From an archaeon 13_2_20CM_2_53_6 (GTDB taxonomy: Archaea > Thermoproteota > Bathyarchaeia > 40CM-2-53-6): a stretch of 64,000 nt of DNA. Below are positions 36,468-46,237 of the stretch, one piece after another. The translations under genes were made by a program, and so were the position numbers. Under the pieces are notes generated by a model. It worked only from the letters and a program-made list of their open reading frames with translations, was not told where the DNA came from and searched no databases. Position 1 is the stretch's first letter. Each line of letters begins with the position of its first letter. The stretch spans positions 2,954 through 66,953 of the forward strand of contig MNDT01000061.1 in assembly GCA_001915065.1 (NCBI GenBank), written 5' to 3'.

Positions 36468-37706
36468 GTGGAAGTAATCAAAGTGCAGAAGAACAGCCTA
36501 GCCGCACCCGGCGAGATCGTCCGAGAAGCGCTCTCCAAACCAACCATATTCAAGAACGAAGAGCCGCTCAGCCTAGAGTGGCTGCCGCCCCGCCTCCCAC
36601 ACCGGGAGACCCAGCTACGCTTCCTAACAGAACTCTTCCGATCCGTCATAGACAAGCCCGGAACCACCAGCCCGAAGGTCCTGATAACCGGAGAGATCGG
36701 AACAGGAAAGACTGTTCTGACGCAACGGTTCGGGATGGACATTCAACGCACCGCCCGGACACTGAAGCAGAACCTCCAGTACATCCACGTCAACTGTCGC
36801 GAGTTCCGCGGCAGCCTCTTCATGATCCTCAAACAGGTACTGCAGAAGTTCACCCCGCAGTTTCCCCAGCGCGGATTCTCCAGCGAAGAACTCTTGCATA
36901 TACTGCTGGACCAGCTGGAGACGAAGAACCTCCACATTATTCTCACACTAGACGAGGCCGATGTCCTGATCGCCGCGGAAGGATCAACAAGCCTCTACAA
37001 CCTGACGCGTATTCAGGAGGAGCGGCCCGGTCGTCCCATACGACTGTCGCTGATAGTGGTACTGCGCGAGATAGAGAAGCTACAGGATCTCGATAGGAGT
37101 ACGCAGAGCACACTGCAGCGGAACCTGATACGGCTCGACCGGTACTCGGCCAGCCAGCTGGAATCGATCCTCAGAGAACGAGTAGAGCTGGCGTTCAAGG
37201 AAGGGACGATATCAGAACAGGTCGTGGATTTCGTGGCGGACATGGCGGCGCCGGCAGGCGATGCGAGATACGCGATCGAACTGGTCTGGCGCGCTGGAAA
37301 ATATGCTGATACTGAAGGGTCGCGGGAGGTCCGGGCGGAGCATGTCCGGGCCGCGGCCCAGAGCGTCTACCCGGTGATGAGGACAGACTACGCCCAGCAC
37401 CTGAACCTGCACGAAAAGCTGCTACTCCTGGGCCTTGCTAGGACCTTGGAGCGGACACAGGAGACGTACGCGTCGATGGGCGAGAGTGAGATAGCCTACA
37501 AGATGGCGTGCGAGGAGTACAAGGAACAGTTCAGAGCGCATACCCAGGTCTGGAAGTATGTCCAGAACCTCAGCGCCACGGGAATAGTCTCGACCCAGCC
37601 CTCGACCGCGGGGTTCAGAGGAAAGACGACGCTGCTGGGACTGCCCACAGCCCCGGCCTCGGCGATACGACGATGGCTAGAGTCGAGCCTAGTACGCAGG
37701 CCCTAA
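36468..37706 (+). CDS. orc1: Orc1/Cdc6 replication initiator (AAA+ plus C-terminal winged helix)
   Basis: Walker A GEIGTGKT, Walker B LTLDEADVL, sensor motifs, and a C-terminal wH. GTG start. Confidence 0.85.
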   Translation: MEVIKVQKNSLAAPGEIVREALSKPTIFKNEEPLSLEWLPPRLPHRETQLRFLTELFRSVIDKPGTTSPKVLITGEIGTGKTVLTQRFGMDIQRTARTLKQNLQYIHVNCREFRGSLFMILKQVLQKFTPQFPQRGFSSEELLHILLDQLETKNLHIILTLDEADVLIAAEGSTSLYNLTRIQEERPGRPIRLSLIVVLREIEKLQDLDRSTQSTLQRNLIRLDRYSASQLESILRERVELAFKEGTISEQVVDFVADMAAPAGDARYAIELVWRAGKYADTEGSREVRAEHVRAAAQSVYPVMRTDYAQHLNLHEKLLLLGLARTLERTQETYASMGESEIAYKMACEEYKEQFRAHTQVWKYVQNLSATGIVSTQPSTAGFRGKTTLLGLPTAPASAIRRWLESSLVRRP

Positions 37707-37713
37707 CAGGACC

Positions 37714-38019
37714 TTGCCCCAGAAAGCCTCGCTCGCAAATGTCCTCTCCAGCAGCGGCAGAATCAAGATACTGACCGTCCTCTCCAACGTGGGAGAGCTG
37801 CACCTTAGCGAGATTGCGAGGAAGACTGACCAGAGCTACAGCGCCACCGATCGACATTTACAAGAACTGTCGGAGGCCTCGATTGTCGAGGAGCACGATT
37901 ATGGACGGGTCCGAATGTTTAGGCTGAACTTGGAAAATCCGCGGGCGAAGATCCTGCGACAATTGATCCTCGAATGGGACAACAGTACGAATCCGAGAAT
38001 GATCGACGGACAGGTTTAA
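37714..38019 (+). CDS. ArsR-family wHTH transcriptional regulator
   Basis: RIKILTVLSNVGELHLSEIARKTDQSYSATDRHLQELSEASIV is a typical ArsR/SmtB HTH. Confidence 0.6.
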   Translation: MPQKASLANVLSSSGRIKILTVLSNVGELHLSEIARKTDQSYSATDRHLQELSEASIVEEHDYGRVRMFRLNLENPRAKILRQLILEWDNSTNPRMIDGQV

Positions 38020-38027
38020 ACTACAAT

Positions 38028-38219
38028 ATGATCGAGACTAGTTCAGACCTGGCCAGAATGACAAAGTGCGACAAGTGCGGCAAAGAGACAAAACAGAACA
38101 AACAGTGCGAATACTGCGGAAAGACGTTCTGCGAAGAACATATGCCTGACCACCAAGCATGGGAGCACCGCCACGAGACCCTGGCCCAAGACGAGTCCAG
38201 ACTCTGGAAAAGACGATAA
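38028..38219 (+). CDS. Small zinc-finger protein (AN1-like C-x2-C...C-x2-C...C-x2-H)
   Basis: CDKCGKETKQNKQCEYCGKTFCEEHMPDHQAWEH. Confidence 0.4.
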   Translation: MIETSSDLARMTKCDKCGKETKQNKQCEYCGKTFCEEHMPDHQAWEHRHETLAQDESRLWKRR

Positions 38220-38381
38220 AGACCACAGACGCGACTCGTTCGAAAGAAAGAAGCATCATTGACAGCCAGAGATCCGGCGGGTCTCTTTTGAGCATGACAA
38301 GACGCTGTGAGGAAACCTGACCTCGGGGGCCATGTTGACCCTTTTAGTAGGCTCGCCTGAAATCGCGGGCTCGTTCTCTTC

Positions 38382-38915
38382 CTAGATTACTTTGGCTGTG
38401 GCGACCGGCGTCAGAGTCATGGTCGGGTTGTTCATGATCTCGTTGTTGTTGAAAGACAAGTCCAGCTGGACTGTCATCGTTTCTCCACCATAGATGTGGA
38501 AGCCTCCGCCAGAGACTGGCACCTTGATTCCTGTCTGTGTGCCACTGGGAATTGTGTACGTGCTGTTGGTGCCGCTGATGGTGATTATCGCTTGGCTGGA
38601 GAAGAACCGGAGTTCGGTGTATCTGCCTGGTGGTAGCTGAGTTGTGCCGAGGAGTTTTGGTGTCGAGAAGGTTGTCATGAGGTTTACCGTGACATTCGTG
38701 GCCAGTGTCTGCCAGCCGCTGTTGTTGCCAGCGTTTGCGGCATGGATCTCGATGGTGGTCAGCGTGATGTAGATGGCTGTGATGTTGTTGCTGTAGGGTG
38801 TCGGGGGAGGGTCGGTTATGGACAGTGCGAGGTGTGATGGTGCATAGTAGAGGTAGGCGATGCTGCTGGAAGCGCCGAGAATGATTGTTAAAATCGCTAG
38901 TATCTTCCGGGCCAT
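38382..38915 (-). CDS. Exported/membrane-anchored protein, hypothetical (possibly DUF4382-like)
   Basis: N-terminal signal/anchor helix, then a Thr/Asn-rich beta-rich domain with N-x-T sequons. Confidence 0.4.
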   Translation of the reverse strand: MARKILAILTIILGASSSIAYLYYAPSHLALSITDPPPTPYSNNITAIYITLTTIEIHAANAGNNSGWQTLATNVTVNLMTTFSTPKLLGTTQLPPGRYTELRFFSSQAIITISGTNSTYTIPSGTQTGIKVPVSGGGFHIYGGETMTVQLDLSFNNNEIMNNPTMTLTPVATAKVI

Positions 38916-39071
38916 TGTTTGTTCAGGATACTAGCCTAGTTATCCACCGTATTCAATCGAGAGTTCTAGGTTGGTTAGTGCAACAGTACTGGTGGGCCGA
39001 GTGGAGACACGTATCCTGGATGAGCGCTAGTCTTTGTGGCCGCCGAGATTGCTAGTCATGGGCCTTGCATA

Positions 39072-39464
39072 TCATTTTGGGCTGTGAAGGCCGCCCCCTC
39101 GAACAGCCTCAGACCGAACCTTCTTCGGACGCTCAAACCTAGTCTCCTCTAGAACTATTCCATTGCGTATAGCGTCCTTCACGTAGGTGCTTCTCTGTCG
39201 AAGCTTTCGAAACTCTTCGACCGTGTAGCCGAAGGCTTCTAAGGGGATCCTGTTCTTCCATTCCTTCTGAAGATAGCGCAGTCTCTCGGGGACCGGCATG
39301 GCGGAGAAGCCGTCGGAGACGATTATCAGGTCTATGTCACTATCCTCCAGATAAGTTCCGGAGGCCCAAGAGCCGGTCAGTATCACCTTGTTGATCGTCA
39401 TGTTTCGGGCCAGCCGTTGAATGTATTGCCTGGTTATTCTCTTGATATTCTTCTCTTTAGCCAT
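39072..39464 (-). CDS. Minimal nucleotidyltransferase (MNT, Pol-beta superfamily), partner of the HEPN protein
   Basis: GSWASGTYLEDSDIDLIIV (GS...D.D catalytic motif). Confidence 0.7.
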   Translation of the reverse strand: MAKEKNIKRITRQYIQRLARNMTINKVILTGSWASGTYLEDSDIDLIIVSDGFSAMPVPERLRYLQKEWKNRIPLEAFGYTVEEFRKLRQRSTYVKDAIRNGIVLEETRFERPKKVRSEAVRGGGLHSPK

Positions 39465-39850
39465 CGGACGAGTTCTCCCACTTCTCTGAGATATCTCTGG
39501 GCCTGCTCCTTTTTGAATAGTGTCCCCGGTGCCCCGAGAGCAGCGTCTGGGTATTCGGATGGGAGATAGAGAGGGGAAAGATCGTCCAGCGTTCTGATCA
39601 GCTTCGGGGATAGTTTCGCCTGTCGAGCAACCATTGCGTGAAGCCGGACCAGGTTGTGGCCGCTGGCCCCTCTCGGGGGCCTCTTCCTCTCAGAGAGGAT
39701 TGCCGCTTTCAGCGCCTTTTCCGCAGAGTTGTGCAGGACATGGATGCATTTGCTGTACTTTCCACCCTTGAAGAGAAGCTGGGCGGACTCGTAATCATCG
39801 ATCGCAGCCTCCAGCCACCATCCCGCGTCTTCGCGGACCGCCCTAGCCAA
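39434..39850 (-). CDS. HEPN-domain protein (HEPN-MNT toxin-antitoxin-like module)
   Basis: R-x4-H motif (RGASGHN) in a helical ~130-aa protein; overlaps the downstream MNT gene by ~30 nt. Confidence 0.65.
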   Translation of the reverse strand: MARAVREDAGWWLEAAIDDYESAQLLFKGGKYSKCIHVLHNSAEKALKAAILSERKRPPRGASGHNLVRLHAMVARQAKLSPKLIRTLDDLSPLYLPSEYPDAALGAPGTLFKKEQAQRYLREVGELVRWLKRRISRE

Positions 39851-39957
39851 TATGGGTCTCTACTCAGCGACGTCCGCATCAGATTAAAAACTGACGCGAG
39901 GGTAGGCAAACGTGCTCGCAGACTGTAAAACCCCATATGTAGGCTGACTTCTGCGAC

Positions 39958-40620
39958 GTGATGTTGTCCACGCAAGAGGGAGACAGGCCGCGTCGACGGC
40001 CTCGACCTAGGTTAGAGTCGCTCTCCGATCTCATCTATGGATTGTCGCTGTCGATAGGCGCGATCAGTCTTGTCCTAACCAACGCCCAATCGTCGACAGT
40101 GAGTGACATCAACCGGAATGTTCTCGAGTTTCTCTTCGTCTTTCTTCTCTTGATTACGAGCTGGATAATCTATACCAGCGACATGTCGGTTCTCCCGATC
40201 GAGACCCGACTTGTAACATTCCTCAACGTTGTCCTCCTCATCCTTGTGGCGATATTCCCGTACCTCTTCGACCAGGTCGTCTCAACCTTCAACCCGGACA
40301 GTGTCCAGGAGTATGCGTCGATCCTTTTCACAGCTGACCTAGCGGGTACACTGGTGATCATGGCCACTTTTGCCCATATCATCGCGAGGGAAGAGGAGCA
40401 TCTGGTCGATGGAGAGATCATGATAAGGTTCCGTACGGCGCGAAACAGAATGAGCGTATTGACAGTGGTAGTGCTCTTGTCGCTTGCTACCCCCTGGGAC
40501 TGGCTGTTTCTCGGAGTGCACGTCAGGCTGTTAGTCTGGTACGTTCCGATTGTTTCGTTCTGGGTTAACAGGATGGCACGCTCCCCATTTTCATACTCAA
40601 GCTCCGCCCGGCAAGGATAG
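39958..40620 (+). CDS. Membrane protein, DUF1211/TMEM175-like
   Basis: N-terminal RLESLSDLIYGLSLSIGAI resembles the RxxxFSD motif of the DUF1211 family; 5-6 TM helices. Confidence 0.4.
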   Translation: MMLSTQEGDRPRRRPRPRLESLSDLIYGLSLSIGAISLVLTNAQSSTVSDINRNVLEFLFVFLLLITSWIIYTSDMSVLPIETRLVTFLNVVLLILVAIFPYLFDQVVSTFNPDSVQEYASILFTADLAGTLVIMATFAHIIAREEEHLVDGEIMIRFRTARNRMSVLTVVVLLSLATPWDWLFLGVHVRLLVWYVPIVSFWVNRMARSPFSYSSSARQG

Positions 40621-40724
40621 GCCGTTACGAACTTGAACTACATCGGGACACGTTCAGGGTTCACGACTGGAGTCGTGGATGATATGCCGGAACCTTCTAT
40701 AAATGTCGGAGCTGAGCGCGGCGC

Positions 40725-41411
40725 ATGAGTGACCCGGCTCTTCCTCTTGTGGAGCCAGATCTTGTCGGGATCTGGCGAAAGAATGTCTGGTGGTTTGGCC
40801 TCCGCTGGCCGTTCAGCATGGTCCTATTCTCCTGGGTCACAGTCGCGTCGACTCTTGCCCCGGAGTTTCACCTAGATCGCTATCTTCTGACGATGCTCGC
40901 AGGTTTCTTCGGTCTTGTTATCGGGGCCCACTATATCGACATAGCCGGAAGTGGGGAGAAGTATCTCCCATATTTTCCGAGGATGAACCGGGCAGCGATT
41001 AGATGGGTTGGGGTTTTGGCGGTTCTGGTCGGGGTTGCTGTTGGCGTCTACATGTCGCTCCTCTACTCTCTCTGGTTCCTGAGTTTCGTTGTACTGGGAG
41101 GATTCTTCGCGTTGTTCTATCCGGTCGAGACGCCCAAGTGGCTACACTCGTATCCCGGGTTTGGCGTGGCCTGGGGTTTCATGCCCGTGCTGGCTAGCTA
41201 CTATATCCAAGGGCTCCGGATTGATCTCGTTGGCGTTGGCTTGGCGGTCTTTCTAGGGATCACGGTGGTCGAGATGCATCACATGGCAGTCCTGACGAAT
41301 GAGAGAGAGTATGCTCCGGAGACAAGCGGGAACGCTAGGTTGTTGTTGAAGCTTCACCGGGGAGCTGCATACGCTATCGGGCTGATACTGCTCTTAGCAC
41401 GACTTGTGTAG
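40725..41411 (+). CDS. Integral membrane protein, hypothetical
   Basis: 228 aa, about 7 TM helices; no clear motif. Confidence 0.35.
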   Translation: MSDPALPLVEPDLVGIWRKNVWWFGLRWPFSMVLFSWVTVASTLAPEFHLDRYLLTMLAGFFGLVIGAHYIDIAGSGEKYLPYFPRMNRAAIRWVGVLAVLVGVAVGVYMSLLYSLWFLSFVVLGGFFALFYPVETPKWLHSYPGFGVAWGFMPVLASYYIQGLRIDLVGVGLAVFLGITVVEMHHMAVLTNEREYAPETSGNARLLLKLHRGAAYAIGLILLLARLV

Positions 41412-41463
41412 AGTCCCGACCAGCTCAGCGAAACCCCAAACCTAGATAGCCGTAATACATCGT

Positions 41464-41730
41464 GTGAGGTGTTATCTGTTGGACGATGAGCTGATCGTGC
41501 GGTATTACTCCCGTGTGACTCGGAAGGGTCAGACCACGATTCCATCCGTGCTCCGGAGGAGGTTTGGGTTCGCGGAGGGCGACAGAGTAGTGTTCGAGGA
41601 GACGAAGCATGGTCTGGTTCTGAAGCGCGCCGCCGACATTGAGGATTCTGCGGGGGTCCTCTCTCGCTTTGCGGACGCTAGCGAAGTTATCGACCACCTT
41701 CTCCGAGAGAGACGAAATAGCTTCAGATAG
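41464..41730 (+). CDS. AbrB/SpoVT/MazE-family DNA-binding protein (solo antitoxin-like)
   Basis: VTRKGQTTIPSVLRRRFGFAEGDRVVFEE is a swapped-hairpin barrel motif. No PIN/MazF partner was detected downstream. Confidence 0.5.
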   Translation: MRCYLLDDELIVRYYSRVTRKGQTTIPSVLRRRFGFAEGDRVVFEETKHGLVLKRAADIEDSAGVLSRFADASEVIDHLLRERRNSFR

Positions 41731-42117
41731 AGACTTCTCCACGAAGATCCTCACTTCAGAGACATAAGAGAGGTCAGAGCAAGGACACTGGCAGAAATCA
41801 AGATTTGAGTGGCGAGGGAGGCCTTTTGGAGCTAGTCGAAATTCTGCGTGGTGTCTGGTCCGGACGAGAGGCTCCGATACGCTTTCGATGCAATGGAACC
41901 GACTGCAGATGTAGACGTTTATCGAGTTATGCTAATTTCGTGGGCTGAGTAGGACGGGACTTGAGACTGGTACTTTTCTAGTGTGGTCTCCCACTCGATG
42001 ATGTAGCGAGTGCTGCCGCCTTTGCCAGTGGACGCGTATACTTGGGCATAACAATAGTTTCACCAAATTTTTCGGAGCTCTCTCACCTTTCTTCTTCCAG
42101 ACGATCTAACAGTTCCC

Positions 42118-42288
42118 ATGCAGAGCATGGATCTGAAGATCTTCTGTCCGCGCTGCCGAGAGCCTACATATCGCGAGGTCCGATACCGTTCCGACCCTCA
42201 GTTCATCGGCCGAGTACTAGTCTGCGAGCACTGTGGCGAAAGGATTCTAGAACCGCTCGGGTCCGGAAGGGAGTGCGAGGACTGTTGA
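42118..42288 (+). CDS. Small zinc-ribbon protein (56 aa), hypothetical
   Basis: MQSMDLKIFCPRCREPTYREV...LVCEHCGERI carries CPRC...CEHC. It is under 60 aa, so absent from the ORF track; the overlapping ORF-track entry 42042..42392 looks non-genic (Ser/Arg-rich). Confidence 0.3.
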   Translation: MQSMDLKIFCPRCREPTYREVRYRSDPQFIGRVLVCEHCGERILEPLGSGRECEDC

Positions 42289-42474
42289 CCAGCCTACAAG
42301 CGATGTGGCTGATGGACCTACGCCAGCCACGCAGAGAGAATCGACGGAGACCAAGACGCAATACCACCAAGCGTCGCTCAACAGGACCCTGATTCTGGGC
42401 CGGTTACAGTTATCGTATTACGAGCTCCGCGCGATTCTTTCACTAGTCTTCTATAGACTCGCCTGGAGTAGCTG

Positions 42475-43080
42475 GTGCTCGATTTGGCAGCTTTGCCGGT
42501 ATTCGCCTCGGGTCTCGGGCTCGTTCTCTTCGACACTGGCTACTTCGTCTGGATTGTGAGTGAGCTGTTCGGAGCGGTGCTGGTTCCAAGGCTTCGAGGG
42601 CGAGGAGCGACACGGGTGAGGAGGGATCGTGGCTCTGGGGCCTTGATCATCTTCACTGTCTTCATCTCGATCGGGCTCGCGCTAAGCTTCGGGTACGCTG
42701 GTGTAGTTGTATTGCCTGATTGGGTCTTCTATCCCGGAATTTTCCTGATGCTGCTCGGCGTTCTGGTCCGGCAGTGGGCAATCGCCGTCCTGGGACGGTT
42801 CTTCTCCTTGACTGTCCGGGTAGCCACGGACCACCAGGTTGTGACGAGGGGTCCTTATCGTCTGATCCGACACCCATCCTATACGGGCGTCCTGATCACG
42901 TTCATCGGACTGGGTCTGGCTGTGCAGTCCTTGGGAGGATTGCTGGTCTTGCTCGGAGTCTTCAGCCTCTCCTACGGCTACCGGATCAGAGTGGAAGAGA
43001 AAACCCTGCTGTCCGAGCTCGGCCAAGACTACGCCAGCTACATGAAACGGACGAAACGGCTCATACCCGACTTCGTCTAG
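42475..43080 (+). CDS. Isoprenylcysteine carboxyl methyltransferase (ICMT)/phospholipid methyltransferase family membrane protein
   Basis: RLIRHPSYTG and the EE..L...G..Y..Y motif; about 5 TM helices. Confidence 0.7.
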   Translation: MLDLAALPVFASGLGLVLFDTGYFVWIVSELFGAVLVPRLRGRGATRVRRDRGSGALIIFTVFISIGLALSFGYAGVVVLPDWVFYPGIFLMLLGVLVRQWAIAVLGRFFSLTVRVATDHQVVTRGPYRLIRHPSYTGVLITFIGLGLAVQSLGGLLVLLGVFSLSYGYRIRVEEKTLLSELGQDYASYMKRTKRLIPDFV

Positions 43081-43205
43081 CTATAGCGTTTCGCGTGAAA
43101 TTCGGGACGCCCCATCTGTGACGAGAGAGGGTTGAAGGATCTGACTCCTGGTCGGTTTGGAACCCGGCTCCCGGCATCGAATGCCCCCCGCTTGTAGGGG
43201 CTCAG

Positions 43206-43664
43206 TCATCTCTCCACATAGTCGCCCAGAACAATTATCTGCAGCTCGCTGACTCTCTTCAGTTTGTCGTCATTGGTAACGAAGCCGGTTGCGCGGTTTG
43301 AGAGTGCGGTGCCAATCTGGATAGCGTCCGGCGGTTTGAGGCCATAGGCGGCTCTTAGGTCCGAAGCCCTCTCTGCACAATTATCATCTATCGGTTTCAA
43401 CGCGAGATTTGGGAAGGTCTTTAGAAGGAATCTGTAGTCTTCGGCCGCTTGCATGTTTCCGATCTGCTTTGGCCTGACGAGCACTTCCATCAACGTGAGG
43501 GTGGAAGTGAGGGCCTTGAGGCTGCCGTTCTCAACCTCCTCGAGTAGCCGGAGTGTCAGTTTGGAATACTCCGGATCCTTCTCGAGATGGTAGATGAAGG
43601 GTGAAGTGTCGATTCCGACCAGCTTGTGCCTGGCTAGGCTTTTGAGGAGGCCTCTCTCGCCCAT
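43206..43664 (-). CDS. vapC: PIN-domain ribonuclease toxin VapC
   Basis: VGIDTSPFIY and the conserved acidic residues (D..E..D..D). Confidence 0.75.
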   Translation of the reverse strand: MGERGLLKSLARHKLVGIDTSPFIYHLEKDPEYSKLTLRLLEEVENGSLKALTSTLTLMEVLVRPKQIGNMQAAEDYRFLLKTFPNLALKPIDDNCAERASDLRAAYGLKPPDAIQIGTALSNRATGFVTNDDKLKRVSELQIIVLGDYVER

Positions 43665-43891
43665 GATTCTCGCTCCTTCCTCACGTACTCATCTGGCTTG
43701 ACGCCCTTCCAGACATCCTTGTGCAACCCTAGCATGTGCCTAGCATAACTGCGCGGCCGGGGCTTGATCATAACCTTCCCCTTCTCAACCTCGACAACCA
43801 GTTCGTCCCCAGCGCCGACTCCTAACGCTTCCCGGGCCTCTCGCGGGACCACGACCTGGTGTTTCCGGCTCACCCTTACGATGGAGCCCAT
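43634..43891 (-). CDS. vapB: AbrB/SpoVT-family antitoxin VapB
   Basis: VSRKHQVVVPREAREALGVGAGDELVVE; sits upstream of vapC and overlaps it. Confidence 0.65.
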   Translation of the reverse strand: MGSIVRVSRKHQVVVPREAREALGVGAGDELVVEVEKGKVMIKPRPRSYARHMLGLHKDVWKGVKPDEYVRKERESWAREASSKA

Positions 43892-44426
43892 GTAACAATC
43901 ACTTTACTCTTATGGGCGACGCTTTACAATAAACATTCCGCTTTACCCTTAATCCCGGCATGAGGTATCCGTTTCTCCGCGAAATCCCGAAAATAATTCG
44001 TGCGCGCTTATCGGCATGACTCGAAATAAGAGTTTAGCGAAGTAGCGGTTTACCGTAACCTTCTAGACTTATCTGAGAATGACTCGATCTTAGTCTCGAT
44101 CAAGGCGCGTCTATCTGGACTCGTTTGAGGCAGAATCCAAACGGTCACGATTCACAATCCGAGAAGTACTAAGCGCTGCGACTCATGGAGGAAGGCTGTG
44201 GACCCCGGCATCCGTCGTCCTGGGCGAGAATCGGGTCCGGGTTGTTACAAATGAAGGGTCTCTCGAACTGCGACCACGCAGGCTCGTATGGACCGAGCCT
44301 AACAGTTTTCGCATCACCGGACTCAGTAGACGCCTAGCCTTTCGACGCAGCCATCTGCGATTCAAGAGTCCCGAGGAAGCGTCTCGGGCCGCGTCGATCA
44401 TCAAGCAGAATTCCACAGTTCTGGAA

Positions 44427-44900
44427 GTGCCGTGGGTCCCGGTCGAGGAGTTCCCCGTGCAAGTCCGACTAATGATCACTGCGAGGTACGTGGTTCTCCT
44501 AGCCTATGTTGCCTTTTGGAACGTGCTTGTCGGACTATTTCTATTGCTCGTGCTAGGCGCTCTCGGGACATTCGGACTCGTAGCCGGAGTAGTAGCACTC
44601 ATGGGTTACTCAGGATTCCCGCTATGGATAGCAATCGCGCGAACGAGAAGGAAGACCCACGGCTGGCTCAGGATTCAGGGCAGATCGGTTGTCGTGCGAA
44701 GTCTAGATTGGATACCCGTCTTTCCGAAATTGATTGAATGGAAAAGCCCTCAGGTCATTGTTCTTAGAGGCCGGGGGATAAGCTATGAACTGTCCTTTCT
44801 GACCAGTGAGAGTCTAACCCGAGCGGTAGCGAGGATAAGAACCGCCTATCCCGGGGTCCAAGAAATTCTCGCTGAGACGTACATGCAAGATTCACGATGA
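44427..44900 (+). CDS. Membrane protein, hypothetical; its 3' end is duplicated 8.3 kb downstream
   Basis: Two TM helices. The C-terminal 45 codons plus ~15 bp of 3' flank recur at 53081-53253. Confidence 0.35.
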   Translation: MPWVPVEEFPVQVRLMITARYVVLLAYVAFWNVLVGLFLLLVLGALGTFGLVAGVVALMGYSGFPLWIAIARTRRKTHGWLRIQGRSVVVRSLDWIPVFPKLIEWKSPQVIVLRGRGISYELSFLTSESLTRAVARIRTAYPGVQEILAETYMQDSR

Positions 44901-44915
44901 TTTCCTGGTGGCAGA
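44741..44915 (+). repeat. Direct repeat copy A (~175 bp, ~80% identical to 53081-53253)
   Basis: ...gaactgtcctttc...agtctaacccgagcgg...ggtccaaga.attctcg.t.agacgtaca.gcaagat is shared between the two copies. Confidence 0.6.
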
Positions 44916-45302
44916 TTGAGGAACGTCTCTTCATAGACGCGTCCATGCCTCGTACAAAGAGCAGTTCTGCGTCACGAGGATCAACGTTTTTGAGATTTTT
45001 GGAGAGGGGTCCAGCTGGTTGAACAAGATCTGGGCGAGTCTCGTGATTCCGGGCGTGTTATGGGCTGGTCAGGCGCTTTGGATATCGTGGAGGTCAGCGT
45101 GCAGGTCAGCGTGAAAACTGCGCGAGGTCAAATCGTCTTCCCCGATCGTCAATCCGGGCTTGTTCTGCGCTTGTCGGGCTTGAAACGGAACAGTTTCCAA
45201 GTTTCGAATCTTCTGCGTGATGCTTGGCCTGCGTGACCTATAATCGGAAAATAGGACTCGACTGGGTCTGTCACGAGTGGGAGGGCCAAGATCAAAGGTT
45301 GG

Positions 45303-46199
45303 CTAGCAGGGTGCATGGAGATAACTCCGGACGAGACAGGCCGTAAACTTGTAACCTGCGATGTTGAGTCCGAAGGAGCCGGTGACTTGGCTTGCGGCTA
45401 GGAAGGCGATGAAGAATGCGACAACGAGATAGTCTTTGCGGGTCATTCTAATCACCCTTAGGGAAGTTCTCTTGCCGGGGTTGTAGCCGAATCCTCTTGA
45501 TGATATTGCTGCTGCGAGAAACTCAGCCCTTGTAAATGATCTTACTATAGTTGGAATAATGGCTGGGATGTAGAGCCTCAGAGCCTTCACGGGATTCCTG
45601 GTCTTAATCCTCCAGCCCCGGGCCTTCTGCGCTTCGAATATTGTAGTTGCCTGCCTAGCGGTGACCGGTAGGAATCCGAAGGCCACGCTTATGGCCGTGG
45701 TTATCTCTACAGGAACACGGAACTTGCTCCAGGCCAGAGCAACCTCCGTCGGCGAGGTGAAGGTGAGGAGAAGCCTGCCTGCGGTGGCGATTATTATGAG
45801 CCTCTCCATGGCTCCGACCGCGTAGACGAGGTTCTCGATGGTCAGCTTTCCGTAAGGGCCGAAGCTACCGATCTTGGGAATGATGTAGCCGATGATGAGG
45901 GGCTGGATAGTGGAGGAGACGCCGAGCCCAGTGGGTCCGTAGAAGAAGATGTTGAACAGAATGAGGAAGACTAGGGCGGGGGTTAGAAACACAAGTGGTT
46001 TCAGGATTGCCTTGAGGCTCTGCTTCGCGAGAAGCCCCACAGAAATTATCGCGAAAAATAGTGCCGTCAGCCATATAGGATCAGTCCATGCGACCGCGGG
46101 AAGTGTGAATGCAAAGAACCAGAGAAACTTGACTCTGGGGTCCAGACGATGGATCGGACTGTCTTCTTCCTTGTAGCTGAAGAGGTTCAGAACGCTCAT
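45303..46199 (-). CDS. ecfT: ECF transporter transmembrane (T) component, EcfT/CbiQ family
   Basis: CbiQ-like topology and the conserved coupling helix with an ARG motif (EAQKARGWR). Confidence 0.75.
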   Translation of the reverse strand: MSVLNLFSYKEEDSPIHRLDPRVKFLWFFAFTLPAVAWTDPIWLTALFFAIISVGLLAKQSLKAILKPLVFLTPALVFLILFNIFFYGPTGLGVSSTIQPLIIGYIIPKIGSFGPYGKLTIENLVYAVGAMERLIIIATAGRLLLTFTSPTEVALAWSKFRVPVEITTAISVAFGFLPVTARQATTIFEAQKARGWRIKTRNPVKALRLYIPAIIPTIVRSFTRAEFLAAAISSRGFGYNPGKRTSLRVIRMTRKDYLVVAFFIAFLAASQVTGSFGLNIAGYKFTACLVRSYLHAPC

Positions 46200-46237
46200 C
46201 GAAAATTATCCTGCCGATGGGTCAACGATGGTTCAGG

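Noticed and set aside
43081-43205. Possible tRNA-like T-arm (ggcatcgaatgcc) in the ICMT-vapC intergenic region
   Set aside because: I could not fold a full cloverleaf (acceptor, D and anticodon arms) on either strand by eye. No tRNA or rRNA genes could be supported anywhere in the window without a tRNAscan or Infernal run.
45090-45130. Short tandem duplication ggtcagcgtg-caggtcagcgtg
   Set aside because: Only two 10-bp units, with no spacer-repeat periodicity. Not a CRISPR array; no CRISPR-like arrays were seen anywhere in the window.
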